Source of the DNA: Lama glama
Taxonomy: Eukaryota
Assembly (NCBI GenBank): GCA_028534125.1
Contig: CM052817.1
Location: forward strand, 85,872,001-85,936,000
DNA: 64,000 bases
Direction of reading: 5' to 3'
Shown here: piece by piece, positions 13,172 to 26,464 of the stretch
Layout of the letters: each line of letters starts with the position of its first letter
Position numbering within the stretch: the first letter of the stretch is position 1
The notes under the pieces: model-generated
Told to the model about the DNA's origin: nothing
Databases searched by the model: none
Seen by the model: the letters and a program-made list of their open reading frames with translations, nothing else
Position numbers and translations under genes: made by a program

Positions 13172-14417
13172 CCCAAAACTGGGAGTTCAGTGGAAAGTAA
13201 AAGATACAAAAGTAAAATAAGGAGGACGAGATGGAAATGTGGGAAGTGGTCATATACTTAGATTCCCTCTCTAAATGTAATCCACAGGGCAGGTGCCTTT
13301 CTTCCACATAGAAAGAGATGTGTAGAGTTATTCTCTAGAAAGGGTAAAATGGACAGTGTTTGAATTGCTGAATGTCAAGAGAGTTGAGGGCATGAGTGAT
13401 TTACTAAAAATTGGGCAATGTAGTGAATTAATGGTATGAATGCAGAAACCTGAACACTCTTCCTCCATTTACTCCCAGAACACTTTAAGAAGGATGCTAG
13501 AAAACAGTTCTGGAAAATTAAAGAGCAAACACTTAGATACTGGCTTCTTATCTTGGTGTAACCCCAAAGCAATCCATTGAAATCACTCTCCAGGAAAACA
13601 AAAAGTCAACAAGTCCAACAGATACACTTTGAGTTTCCAAGTATATATCAGTCCCCCATTCTTAATCGTAGACAGATACCACAAAATATAACATCTTTCA
13701 GAAATAGCTTGTAACAAGAAACAGTAAAACTCAAACAAACAAATGGGGAGAAAAGGCAACTTGGAGGGAACAAAGAAATTATGAAATAATTTTGACACTT
13801 TCTTTAAGAGAGAAATTCTTTTTAGAGAAGTGTATAGGCTACTAGATGAAGAGCAATAAAGAAAATAAAATCCCATTAAAGAGCCATACAATATCATAGT
13901 ACACTGATTCCTAATCAAGCAGTGTAGATAATTAGTGCAAGAACAATTATAGAAAGACCTGTCTATCACTGAATGTGACTGGGAAAACTTATGAAGAGCA
14001 CAGTTGAGGTCAAACTCAAAACAGAGTGGTATTTTCCCATGAGATGCTGACCATTAAGATATGTCTTTAAGAGAAATGAAAATGTCCCTGGTTAAATGAA
14101 GTTAACATTTCTCCATACTTTTACTGTAACAAGACTCATCAATAATTTTCAAAGGAAGAATATTTTATGCCACATTTCCCTAATTTTACTAATATTTTTT
14201 CCTTTTTTCCCCCCTATGGAATACTTGCCTAAGGAGTGAGGAAGGACTCATGTTTCTTACGATGCACAGCTAGAAAGATGGGGGACAAGTAGTGATGAAG
14301 ATGACTATGTTCCCATGTCCCAGTGCAAAGTACCAGCTGGTAGCAAGCATGAAGATTTTATTTGAAAAGATTTGGGAAAATTACATATAACTGGACATTT
14401 TTATAATGAATATGTCT

Positions 14418-14460
14418 CTATATCTATCTATCTATCTATCCCTCTATCTATCTATCTATA
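14418..14460. repeat. (TCTA)n tetranucleotide repeat, interrupted
   Basis: Read directly. Confidence 0.85.
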
Positions 14461-15494
14461 ATTGGTTCTGGTGCCTAGAGAAGACTAAAATATTTTCAAT
14501 ATCCTAGAGTAAGCAATGAGCTTGAATAGACAATGGTACAAAGAGCAAAGTAACTTTCTGCTTAAATGCTGTAGTCTGGCTCTTCTAAATTAATGGTTCT
14601 ATCTGTACAGCAAGAATCCTATCAGACATTTGTGTCCTACTTTCCTTCCTATCTTACGGAAAACTGAACTGAAGCAAGATTTTAGCAAATGTCTGGTTGT
14701 TTGTTCATTGGACCACACGATGCTGTAATTATTTAAAAAACAAAAGTCTACAGTTGCTCGTGGCAGGGAGGAACTTGTTTAAGTATTTATGATTTCTTTT
14801 TCAGTGGTGGTGCCCTATGCCAGTTGCAATAGATCTGATATGTTGTTTAGCACACTGATGGAAAAGAATGAACTCCATTGGCTTCTCTGGAAGTATGTAG
14901 AGTGCAGCTGGGACTGGACCAGGGACTGGGCAGCAACAGTGCTCCATCAGAACTGCGATAGCCTCTTTTTCAATGAACTTCTGATAGGAGATCATCTATT
15001 AAATCCTGAAGATTTTCACATTAAGTTTAACTATATGAAACCACTTGGGATCTTCACCGTATGTGAAATATGTTCATTTATGTTTTGAAGCTCCAATTTT
15101 AGTACTTATTTACTCAAAGCTATTGATCATGTCAGATTATATTTAAAAATATATTAAAAATCTATATATTGTATAACAAAGAGGCATGCCTTAAACCTAG
15201 GATTCAAAAACTGTCTTAAAATGCAGCCTACAAGAAAATGTCTAACCCTTTCAAAATAACATCCATTTATTTCTCTCACAACATATAGAACCAATTATTA
15301 TTGCATACATGAAAACCTAAGAGAAGTATAAGTAAAATAATTTTATATTTATGAAAAATAAATCCTTTATAAGATGCATTTTAGGTTTATTTTAATCTTA
15401 ACTATAAATACAAAGCAACATCCAAAGTCAGGCCAAATGATCTGTTTCTTAATCTTTATAGTTAACACTATCAATCTTACAAAGTATACTTTTG

Positions 15495-16250
15495 GTGGAT
15501 TGATATTTCCCCAAATGGTGCAAAACTGATAGACTCTTGCCCTCTCACTATGAAGAGGAAAGCAGAATACCTGCTGGGCCTTTTGAGTTCCAGAGGCAGC
15601 TTATTCCACACTTGCAAATACTGCTCCAGATTATAAACCCAATAAAATATGTCATCCAGTGGGTTCTGAAACAGGAAAGTGCTCAGTCTGTGACAGAAGC
15701 AGCTCTGCCCATTGGGAATATCGACTCAGTAGACTACAATCTGAGAGGGACCAGGAACTGGAAAAACTGCTGCATGTCAGTGACAACAAGCCCTAGGAAG
15801 AAAATCAAAACGGCTTTTGAGGCTCCGAAGTCAATCCAGACCATCTGTAGCACGGAATTAAATACTGTTTGGAAAACAACTTCCAGCATGGCCTAGAAGA
15901 CGTGCAGCCCTTAAACCCGGCACATCAAGTGGCTATGTATCTAGGACTGACTATCATAAACTAGATCCTGTCCTGGCCCCTAAATCATAAGAGCAGGCAG
16001 ACTCAGGAGAAATCCATCGCACGTGAGCCACTGCACTTCTGTAATCAGCAGGTGACAGATCAAGGTGCATGAGCACGATTCCCTGACACTTGCCATTCAC
16101 TAATGTTTCAGTAACACCAAAATCCTCCCACATCCACACCTACAGAGCAGGAAAACCCAAGTGAGGATTCCCACAGCATGGAGGACAGCAAAGATATAAC
16201 ACCAACCACCAGAAGTAGGAGCCTACAGACCTGCACCTGCTGCGTCTTGT
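15495..16250 (+). mobile_element. ERVL-class pol remnant (RT thumb/connection into RNase H region)
   Basis: ORF 15537-15896 contains GPFEFQRQLIPHLQILL...QWVLKQESAQSVTEAALPIG, like ERVL GLFGFWRQHIPHLGVLL...EWGPEQEKALQQVQAAVQAALPLG. Downstream LFGKQLPA and HQVAMYLGLTIIN*ILSWPLNHKSRQTQEKSI match PFEKQLLA and HQVTMRPELPIMNWVLSDPPSHKVGRAQQHSI. Confidence 0.8.
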
Positions 16251-16284
16251 ATGGGTTCTGAGTTGCCAAGAAGAACTCAACACA

Positions 16285-18063
16285 TAGGGATGGAGGTACA
16301 GATTAATGGAAGAAAACAGACCGCCCAGAGTGAAACTCAAACATATATGTTGAACTGAATTTGACAAATGTTCCAAGGTCATTCAATGAGAAAACTAAGA
16401 AAAACAAGCAGTGAAACTTGACCCTTGTCAGGAAGGAAGAGAATTTTACCCTTCTAGGTTCTTCTGGCTGGTCTAAGAATTAACTTGAAATGAGGCATAT
16501 TAACAGGAGAAAAATTAGATTTACTTTTGTACATATGGGAACCTCATATACATGAGAGGGTGAGAGGGTCAGAGACCTCACATACACGAGAGGTTCACAG
16601 ACAGAAAGGTACAATGAGGTACACATGCCTTCCTGAGCTAAGGGTTGGGGTAGGGGCCCGGGGCTTCCAAAGGCAGGAGAGTCATTCACAGAACAATAAG
16701 AAAAAGAGCAAAACTTGATAAATAGATGTTTGCCCTGCCAAATAGATGGGGCCACTTATATAACATTTATCTCTGGTAATAACTTTTTCTAAAAAAAAAT
16801 AAAAATCTCTAGTTTAAATTCTTCTATGTATTTGAAGGAAAAGCAGTCATTTCTCTTGAGCCCACAGGGTCACCACTGCCTGTAGCTCAAAATAATCCAC
16901 ATGTCAAATCAGCAGATCTTGGGGAGGCTTGTTCCTTACAGGCCTACACCTTAACTCACATGAAAATCACCTGACTAGGGTCATAGAAATCGAGACAAAA
17001 ATTAAAAGCATTAAACTTCCAGATACAAAGAGGTGAGAAAATATTTGAGATCTTGGGGTAGAACAAGAGTTCATAAATAAGACACAAAATGCACAAACCA
17101 CAAACAATTGGTTAACTGGACTTTAGGGAGATTAAACATTGCTTTTCTAAAAATACCATTAAGGAAACGGAAAGGGAAAAACTCTTCCTATACATGCATT
17201 TGGAAAAGCTTTATCCAGAATATACGAAGAAAGTTCACAACTCACAAAGAAGACAATTAAATGTTTTAAATAGAAAAAAAAGAATCAAGCAATACTTCAC
17301 CAAAGAAGATATTCAAATGGCCCTAAATTCCACGAAAAGATGCCTAACACTACTGTTAATCAGGGGCATGCACCTTACAGCACACTGAGCTGCCTCCTGC
17401 ACAGTGATTAGAAGAGTTGTGCTATGAAAGCCTCATAGTGCCAAGTGCTGCCCAGGACTGGGAGCGACACTGCTGGTGGAAATACAGACATTACAATCAT
17501 TTCAGTAATCTGTCAGTTTCCTCTTTCATTATACACTTACCATTAGGCCCAGTGATTTTATTCCTAAATATTTACTAAAATAAGCAATACAAAAGAATGT
17601 CTACACAAAGACATAAATATTTTTAGCAGCTTTTTTCATAATACTCCCAGAATGGCTATGACTCACCCATATGCTGCTCAACTGGGAAATGGGTAAACAA
17701 TGGAATGCTACTTTGCAGTATAAAGGAAGATACCGATCAACAGAACAACATATAGGAATCTCAAGAGCATCCAGCGGAATGAAAGACGCTTCACAAATGG
17801 TACGTATTTTGTGATTCCATTTATATAAAAAATTTTAGAAGTAATTTAGTTGATAGTAAATATAAAGTAAATCTGCATGTGTCTGAAATATAGGATCATG
17901 ATCAACCAAGGAGGGGAACAACAGATGAGGTGATGGGACTATTTTAAATCTTTCACATACTGGTGTTTAACTAAGTGTATTTATTTGTTAAAACTCATCA
18001 AACAGTACCATAAAATCAGTTGCATTTATGTTTTGTACATCATACTTCAAATACAGTTGATTT
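16285..18063 (+). mobile_element. Old L1 (L1MC/MD/ME-type) ORF2 3' part and 3' UTR, interrupted by an LTR at 16426-16940
   Basis: gaatttgacaaatgttccaaggtcattcaatg (FDK..K.IQW motif). ORF track shows QYFTKEDIQMALNSTKRCLTLLLIRGM. 3' end motif gttaaaactcatcaaacagtac. Confidence 0.85.
16426..16940 (-). mobile_element. Solo ERV1 LTR, MER34-like
   Basis: TG...CA ends. The minus strand starts tgtaaggaacaagcctccccaagat...gtggattattttgagctacaggca, the MER34-group 5' motif. Flanking L1 sequence resumes on both sides. Confidence 0.75.
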
Positions 18064-18559
18064 ATCAAGTGATAACTTGATATGTGCCATCTTCCAAAAG
18101 TTTTCTGGAGGAGTTGAGTTATTGATGCAAATACAAATCACTGTTTTTATGTAACATAAATATAGTCCCTTTAAGAATGCATTCAAAATAGGAGGATAGC
18201 TACAAATTGAAACAGGATTGAGGAAATACTATATTCCTTATTATTTAAAAAATTTTGTAAGATTGAATTAAATACCTTATACTGTTCATCGCAATTACTA
18301 AATTGGTAAATTTGCTTTTAAAATTGCCAAAACCCCTTCTATAAAAGAGTTTGCTTATCCTACAGGTGTTGATACCTCTCCTGTGTCCAAAAAATGTGGT
18401 TTTGAATTCTGCTGTATGTGATTATGTAGGATATGTGAGGTGATAAATGAAAATATGACATCATTCTTTCCACCATCAGAGCAACAGTTCAGTGAAACAA
18501 TCATATGCTCCAAATTTGTTCACTTCTTTAAATAATATATAGATATATATGCATGAGTT

Positions 18560-19050
18560 AAGGCATTAAATAAAAAGTTACAGAGCACCTGCTATGTGCC
18601 AAAAACCATACTAGGTACTGGGCATTTCCAAGAGAGACTCCGTGAAATCTACATTCCTGGATTTGTAGTCAAGGTCAGACAGTACATGAGTAAGCAAGTA
18701 ATTTTAATACGGTGTAATAAATGATAGGACAGTGGTGGCTCGGGATCTCACTCAGAGGAGGCCTTAGATCGAGTGTGGAGGCTTCAAGCCCAGCACTAAA
18801 TGCACAGGCAAATTAGCCAGATTAAGAGCAAAGAGGGTACCCTGGCAAGAGGGAACCGCACGCTTACACAGGGACCAGGGTGGATGTTAAAATGGCTCAG
18901 TTGTGGCGTGGGAATAAGAAGCTGGACAGAAGCCTGAAGAAAGGATAGGGGGTAACATTCACTTCCCAAACATATATTTTTCATAACTTGAAAGGTATTA
19001 TAAATTCAAGGGGGAGGATTAAGGAAGGGACTTAAACTGGAAAGAGCAGG
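18560..19050 (-). mobile_element. L2 3' fragment
   Basis: gagcacctgctatgtgccaaaaaccatactaggtactggg is the reverse-complemented L2 3' end. Confidence 0.7.
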
Positions 19051-21029
19051 GCTGGATTTGAATTTTATGTATTTCTTGTTACGTGTCTTCCTTTTTCAAA
19101 ACCTGTAGTCATTTTAGCTTTCTTCTTCTCAAGCAACTTGGTTTAAGTTTTGAGAAATAAATCTACAAAATATCAAATACAAATGATATCACTGGTAAAG
19201 TTATTTACTAACCCCCAAGCTGTTTCTGTGTTTTAGGTAATTTCCTAAGAGACCTTTTAATTTGGTGGTTTAGCTTAATATTCATAAATAAAGTTCCATA
19301 AATAAATACTTATAAATAAAGCAACCTATGTTTTCGTGTTTTTAACATTTGACAGGAACACCTTCTAGAGTCTGAGGATATGGCAGTGAAAAAGCATACA
19401 TTCCCTGCTGTCATGAATTTATATTCTAGGATGAGAAGATTTTGAAAAATGAATTTTTTTGCTTGATTGAAAGTTTAATATATATGCTGGGTCTAATTAA
19501 AAAAAAAATTTCTCCTTTGTTCTGCACAGAGGACATAGACTATCAATATTTTCAGAAGTCTCAGTGGTTTCATGTTTCTGCTAACATGTGAGGGCACTTT
19601 GAATAGCTATAGAAATGTGTTTAGAAACCAACAGGCTCTTCCCAATGTGACATCCATGAGCAGCTTCTAAACTCATCAGGGCTTTTGGTGATGCAAAGAT
19701 TGTGACAGTGATTTCGCTTTGTGGCCATGTAAGACAGGGTAGCCCGTTTTGTGGGGAAGAGTTCTTCCTTTCCTTTCAGAGGCTATTTTAAAGGTTATGT
19801 TGAAGAAGAAAGGCAAACATCAGTCAAGCCCTAATCCAACCTGTGTTTTGTGCATTTTCCAGTTGAAATATTCTCAAGAAAGGAGAAAATTTGAAGATAT
19901 GAATACATTTATTACTGAGTCTCTGGAACATGGAAGAATGTGATGTGGGGTCATATCTTCCAAATTAAAAAAAAAAAGACAAATCATACAGCATGGGGTT
20001 ATATTATGCCATAGGTATTTGCATTGATTGGAAAAGTTGATCCAGCTTGAACTTGAGATTGTCTTTATTTTTTATATATTTTTCTTCTTGTTAGGCTCCC
20101 TGGAAATGGTAATGGCTAAAATTCTCTTGACAATCCATTTACAGATACAAATGCATATTTTACAGGCACACAGAGGCACTTTTTTCACATATAATTCACC
20201 AGCCTATGTGACAGAATCTACAATCCAATCTCAAATTCCATTTGAGATGTATTTCTGGAGCTCAACTGAAAACTTTACATTGAAATTATTTCTGTAAAAC
20301 TTTCCAGAGGTCATCTGTTAAACACTACCTTGTAATAAACAGGGAAAGAAAAAAAACCTGAAAGTATCACCACAATTTGGAAATGAAGCCTTGGGATACA
20401 GCACTTATTTTCAATTTAAGTGCATTGAGATTATGGCAATGAGAAATATATATTTAGTTAGTTTAAAGAACTATGTTCTTAGGCATTTATTAGGACACAT
20501 CGAGTTTAGCTTTTTTCAAAATTACTATTTTATACTGGCAAACTATAATTGTCTTTTGTCACTATGCTAATGTAAGGGTACAGTAATACCCAAATCTTAT
20601 ACCAAGACTTATGCTTGTGTGGTTGTAAGTGTTATATGTTGAGGTTATATGTTATATAACATATAATTCATATGTTATATGAATTATATATATGTATAAT
20701 TCATTAAAACCTTTATATTTTATTATAAATATATAGCAATCATCATAAATAAGCTAAATCACCCATTTTGGTCTCTACTAACTACCAAGACCTCAAAGGT
20801 ACTTAAAACTAAACTATTCTCAACCATTTCAACAGCTAGCTTCAATATTTCATGTTTTGTTTTTCTCACTTATCTCCATATAATCCTAGCAACCATGGTC
20901 CCCACTGATACTATATGAAGGACACATATTTGGACAGTCAAAAGAGTGTTTCAAAAACTTTTAGCAGGATTCTTGACAATTTTTTTTCTTACTAGTGAAA
21001 GATACAGCAGCCCATATTTTGAGAAGAGA

Positions 21030-21900
21030 ATAAAGATACTTATAAACCATGTTCAGTCATACATTGGAAGATTCGTTTTTGGGTGCACAAAACTGTGACA
21101 TGGCTTTGAAAGACAGTTCTTATTTTAACTATTGTACTCTGCACTGGAATGAGCAGCACAGCAACACTTTCTATTATTTTTAAGTCCATCTCCAAACACT
21201 TTCTCCCTTTGTTAGCTGTGTCATCATCCTTAGCCATTGTGTAGTGTGCGCACTGGACTGGACAGCCTGATGCGAGCTTTCATCTGGTTTAGTTGAGCCA
21301 GAATTCACCTTTATTCTCCTTCTAAACCCCAATTAAAATATTCTTGACACTGAACAATTGTACACAGACTTACCAGCCTTTTGGATAGTGCAGTCGGCTG
21401 AGTCTTCTTTAAGACTACTTCATTCTAGCACGTTATTGCTTTCTCCGCCTGACTGGTTGCATATTGCCACCCCTGCTTGTTGTATTCTCTGGGAACTGGA
21501 CTGTGGGACCTCTCTGTACCATGTTCTCCTACTGATCTGTATATATATATTTTTTTCTTGCATCTTGCAGCTATGAACCTGTGATCATTCTTACAATAAA
21601 ATACAGTGTAAACTTAGTGTAATCTAAAACAGTAATAATTATTTCCAGTTTATGTTCATGAGAACCTAATTTATTTTACTTATAACGTTTATTAAATTAT
21701 GCAAAACATCACCCCATGACACCATGTAAACTATATGCTTTATACGTTTACATTTGCTAGATTCCTAATCGTAAATATAACTACGTAATTCTGATTTCCT
21801 TATCATTCTCCATACCACTGACTTCAACGTGAGATCACAAGAAAAACCAGTATTCTTGAAAAAAATTATTGATCAGAAATAATGGTTTCGTAATAAAGAC
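21030..21900 (-). mobile_element. Possible ancient Tigger/pogo-like DNA transposon remnant (transposase N-terminus)
   Basis: Minus ORF 21237-21040 (MAKDDDTANKGRKCLEMDLKII...STIVK) resembles the start of Tigger/CENP-B HTH-psq domains, with TWFI in a shifted frame. No clear terminal inverted repeats. Confidence 0.35.
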
Positions 21901-22194
21901 AAAGTTTTTTTTTAAGTGGAAAATTTATACTACTAACTTGTAGCTTTACCTCTGATGTTTAAGTGGCTATGACCTAGTTTTCTCCCTTTCTTTCCTTAAC
22001 TCCGTAAAGATGTGTATCTCTACCTCTTTTACTTCTTATCCTCTGAACCGTTTATTTGTTTCTCTCTCTCCCTTATCCTCTTTCTTGTTTTATTTGGAAT
22101 TGCCTTCAAGTTTTAACAATTGTTTCTTTCTTGCAATCTTATATATTCTTTTTAGGTTCCCTTTCTTTGTGGCCTTGATGTGGATTTGGGTTAG

Positions 22195-22460
22195 AGGCAG
22201 GTCGTGTTGGTTAGCACCATCGGTATCGAGGTCTGACGAAATGAGCTTAAAACCAGGCTCTACCCCTTAGAAGCTATGATATCTTAGGGAAGCTGAATAA
22301 TCATTCTGCACCTCAGTTTTGTCATGTGCGAAATGGGGATTCTCATAGTATCTACTTCATAGTGTTCTTTGGGTTGAGATTAAATAAATGCAGTTGCATT
22401 AGTAAATATATGACAGTAGTAACTGGCATATAGCAAGTGTCTCAAAACCTGTTAATATTA
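22195..22460 (+). mobile_element. MIR SINE, near full length
   Basis: tctgcacctcagttttgtcatgtgcgaaatggggat...tacttcatag and 3' ctggcatatagcaagtgtctcaa. Confidence 0.9.
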
Positions 22461-22511
22461 GCGTATGTAAATACTTCTCTGACTTCTATAGCCTCTCTTT
22501 ACTTGTCTACA

Positions 22512-22732
22512 TGGTAGTTCTTAAGAGAGGGACACTTTGCTCCTGGAAGGACATGTCGCAATATCTGGAGACATTTCTGATTTTCACAACTCGGTTGGGG
22601 AGGTTGCTACTGGCATTGAATGGGTAGAGGTCAAAAATGCTGCTCAAATCTCCTTCTACACACAGGACAGACCCCCATAAAAAAGAATTATCAAAGCTAA
22701 AATGTTATTAGTGCCAAGATTGAGGCATTCTG
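22512..22732 (+). mobile_element. MER20 (hAT-Charlie non-autonomous DNA transposon), full length
   Basis: Collinear with the MER20 consensus: caatatctggagacattt...gctactggcatt...gggtagagg...acaggacagacccc...aaagaattatc...agtgccaagattgag. Confidence 0.92.
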
Positions 22733-24073
22733 TTCTAATACAATGCTTAAAACTGAATTGATAACAACCACTAAAAGAATCCTAGAAAGAAACTGGCTCA
22801 TAATAAAATCACTAAAATTATTTCAGATGCTTATGTGGTTTTAAATAACCAAGATTACGAAAAAGAATGATCTTTTATCAAGGAAATTGGGCAAAGGAGC
22901 AAATGTAGTGGATGCATCTCCACAGAGCATTAGTACTCATGAAACTTGGAGAAAGGCATATTGTAGCTTAAATAAGTGGTGAAATGGGGCGTCCTCTTGA
23001 GGTACTAAGTATCTTACTCGTGGGAAAGTTTTCAAACAGAGCTCTCCAGTAATGTCCAGAAAAAGATTATTGGACTTGATTCTCTGAATAAACCTGAGAT
23101 ACTAGTTTTAGGTAAATGAAATATAATTTATCATGCATGATTGCATTAAGATGAAGAGATATTTAGTGGGTTAAAACAGGTACCAACTGAAAATTGTACT
23201 TTCTGAAATTTGACAGTCGAGGTAAGAAAAGGAAAGGAACAGTAGCCTGAAAAGACAACAGCTTAAGAAATGACTTTTAAATCATTGTAATAGAAGGAAG
23301 GAGACAATCATGATTGCATATAAAGGGAAAGATGGTATCTGGTTGATACATTTGAGACGTAAGACAGCAGGTACAATTGCTGAAGCAAAATTGAAGGGAA
23401 CACAGGATAGTATGGAAAGGAAGGATGACTGCCTTGGTCCTTGAGAAAAGTAATGACTCTTCAAGTTATCGAGGAATGGTGAAAGGAGGTGCGGCTATAC
23501 TTTCAAGGAGGAAGAGAGTCAGTCAAGTTGGAATAAAGTTAAAAAGTTTTATGAAATTGTGAACCCTATATTGGAAGAACAGCAGAATAAATGACAAAGA
23601 GAAATTTTAGAGACAAGAAAAAATCTTAGAGAGGAGAAAGGATAATGTTATCTGCACAGGTGGGGGCTTGTAGAATGAGTGCTTTTTTCATTCTAAGGTT
23701 TGTAATGAGATCTATTCAGATCCTCAATGTTGGAGAGTGTAATTGCTCACAATTTACAGACACAAAACCCTATCTTTTTTAGCATCCCTGGGATGGGATA
23801 CTACCTACCCAAACCTGTGAAACTGGAGATATAACAAGAACTGAGGACTGAGACTTAAACACCATGCCTTGCCCTGAATTCCTTCTGTGCCTTTGCTTTT
23901 ACTCCCTCATGGCTCTAATTCTGAACTTGTTTCAAAATTGAAAGGAAATTGTTAATACAAATATCAGCAAGACATCTTGTTTTATTATGCTTAAAATAAG
24001 CTGTTTTAATGCTTAGAGTGTTATGATTTGGAAGATCAAAAGTCGGATTTTTTTTAAAATTAGTAGGTGAATC

Positions 24074-24262
24074 TGCTATATATAAAATAAATAAATGACA
24101 AGAACCTACTGTATAGCACAAGGAACTATATTCAATTTCTCGTAATAAGCTGTAATGGAAAAAAATCTGAAAATATACATATGTATGTGTATAACTGAAT
24201 CGTTTTGCTGTACGTATGAAACTAACATGGTAAATCAAGTACACTTCAACAACAACAAAAAT
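24074..24262 (+). mobile_element. Short L1 3' end (cetartiodactyl type)
   Basis: acctactgtatagcacaaggaactatattcaat...gtgtataactgaatc...gtaaatcaagtacacttcaa followed by an A-rich tail. Confidence 0.85.
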
Positions 24263-24340
24263 TTAGAAAAAGGAAATGTTTGAGATTTTTGAGAAAGGTA
24301 ATGATATGATTTAAAAAAAAAAAAAGGAGGTCAATCTAGG

Positions 24341-24778
24341 TATAGGATGATCAGCTGTCCAGACCCTAATTGAAGACAGAGGTACTCACTGCCCCAGATG
24401 CTAACTGCTCGTGACTGCATCACTTCTCACGCACTGCCTTTAAGCCAAACCTGTCTCATCCAAGTCTGTGGCCCTCCCCATGGCTGGCACCCATCCAGTG
24501 ACTAGTCAGTTGAATGATATGAATGTTATTCTCCTTGATTCAATCCCAGACAATTCCGAAGTACCATCCTGGTTCCAGAACTCTGCATTGGATAGACTGA
24601 GGGGTTTCTTGTGTTAGTTTTTGTTTTGGCAACTACATTGTTGTTCAACTTCTCATTATGCCCAATCCAGATTTCTTTACGTCTTCACAAGTATTGTTTC
24701 TAGGCACATCCACCAATAAACTTCCTGCAAGCAAGTCTCTATCTTGGAGCCTATTTCTAGGAGAACTGGGTCAAAGAT
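24341..24778 (+). mobile_element. Solo ERVL LTR, LTR16C-like
   Basis: gacaattccgaagtaccatcctggttccagaactc, gttcaacttctc...gcccaatcc, and ccaataaacttcctgcaagcaagtctc all match LTR16-family motifs. Confidence 0.85.
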
Positions 24779-26433
24779 TGTGAATTTTTCTTAAATCTGA
24801 GAAGAATAAATAAAAGAATGTCTGTAAAATATTAGGAAAAAAGTCAGGAACTTAGATATTAGCATTATATAAGTTTCAATGTTTGTGCTTTCTTCTACTG
24901 ATTTTTTAATATTTTGTTATATAGTAAATGAATATATAGTAGTAAAGCTTAGTATTTTTCACTAGAAAGCCACAGGAAAATGTTGCCATTCATCCAGTGG
25001 TACCATGTTTAAAGACAAAGTAAGTTCAAAGTATGTAAGTATTTCACTTTTGAGATGGCAAACCGAAATTTGTAAATGCCAACAGGAATGTCACAGGGTG
25101 CAACATTGATCATTTAATTCTAAGCTATTCTGAATAGCCATTATGTTTCCAATGATATAAAAACAACTCACAGATTTGTAGCACTTGAAGTTTCTATATA
25201 AACTAATAATCCAGTTTAATTAGAAATAGAAAAATCCATTATATTGGTGTTCAGGAAAAGTTTGACAGTAGTGTTATGGCAAGTTTTTAAAGTATTATTT
25301 TATTATATTTCTAATTTCTCATGCTTCTAATTTCTTGAATACCTTTGAAATCCTGTTGGTATGCAGTCCAGACTTGTTTAGAATGGTAAAGACAACAAGG
25401 CTACATGGAGATATCTCAAAGATGAAAGTGACATGATTCAGACAATCATTTAGAATGTAGAATCCCGGTTACTCACACTGCAGCACAACTGCCTCCTTTC
25501 TCCAATAAAGAAAATATGTATAATTGAATTCCCATTAAAGTTTGTTTAAACGATTTTTATTACATTATACAACACAATTTTATTATTTGTCCTGATGCTG
25601 CCTCTCTTCAAATACTCCTTGAGATCAACAGTATCTCTATATGCATACAATATACTATCAATTTTAGTCCATAAGTGCACGTTTTACTGAATTACTACAT
25701 TTTCAATTAGAAGTTACTCAAATACATTATCTTAATCTAAAGTTTGGAAAATATCATAGTAGTGATTTTTATACATCATGGCGTATGAAAGTGAAAATGC
25801 ATTGGTTTATTAGACTCAATTTCATGACTTCTGATAAATACTACAGATACATAAACTTTTGCTTTGTTTTCTGAAAAAAGTCATTTGATGTATTTATTTA
25901 TGATCAGATGAAAATTATTAAATTTCTCTGCTATTTCCTCATTCTATTTATGGCTTGAGATTTGCACAGTAAAAAACTCTTCTAACTCATATGTAATTTA
26001 AATTTATTTATATCAAATCATATAACTCAATTTGCTTATAATTTCAGACATGTGACTTTAAGGCACTATACTTGTTCTCAAACCATGAAATTCATATTTT
26101 AATATCATAATATTCACTATTACGTTATTTTGATTGTATAAGAATCCAGTCTGTTTGAATATAATTCTTTCAAATCCTTTGGAAAAAAAAACAAAAAAAA
26201 AAACTACTCAAATCAACAATCAATTGAAATGACTCTTGCACATTCATTAAAACTCATTAGATGCACATACATATTAATATAAAGAACACAATTTCCATTT
26301 CTGTGTTCATTTTCAAGAGCTTTATGATTTGAATATTTTAAAATATTTAAAATCCTATGTCACTGCCCTGATTAATCAGAAGAAAAGAGAAAATAATTGG
26401 AAAAATGAAAGACTCATTTTAAGGTAAAATTAG

Positions 26434-26464
26434 TATATATATATATACACACACACACACGCAC
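26434..26464. repeat. (TA)n(CA)n microsatellite
   Basis: Read directly. Confidence 0.85.

Noticed and set aside
12690..13970. Possible ancient L1/HAL1 5' region and a short MLT1-like start at ~12993
   Set aside because: Similarity too weak to assign by eye. The 128-aa minus ORF there is low-complexity and AT-driven.
14789..15088. Overlapping ORFs on both strands in a GC-richer patch with acceptor-like sites
   Set aside because: Neither peptide resembles a known protein and no convincing donor site was found.
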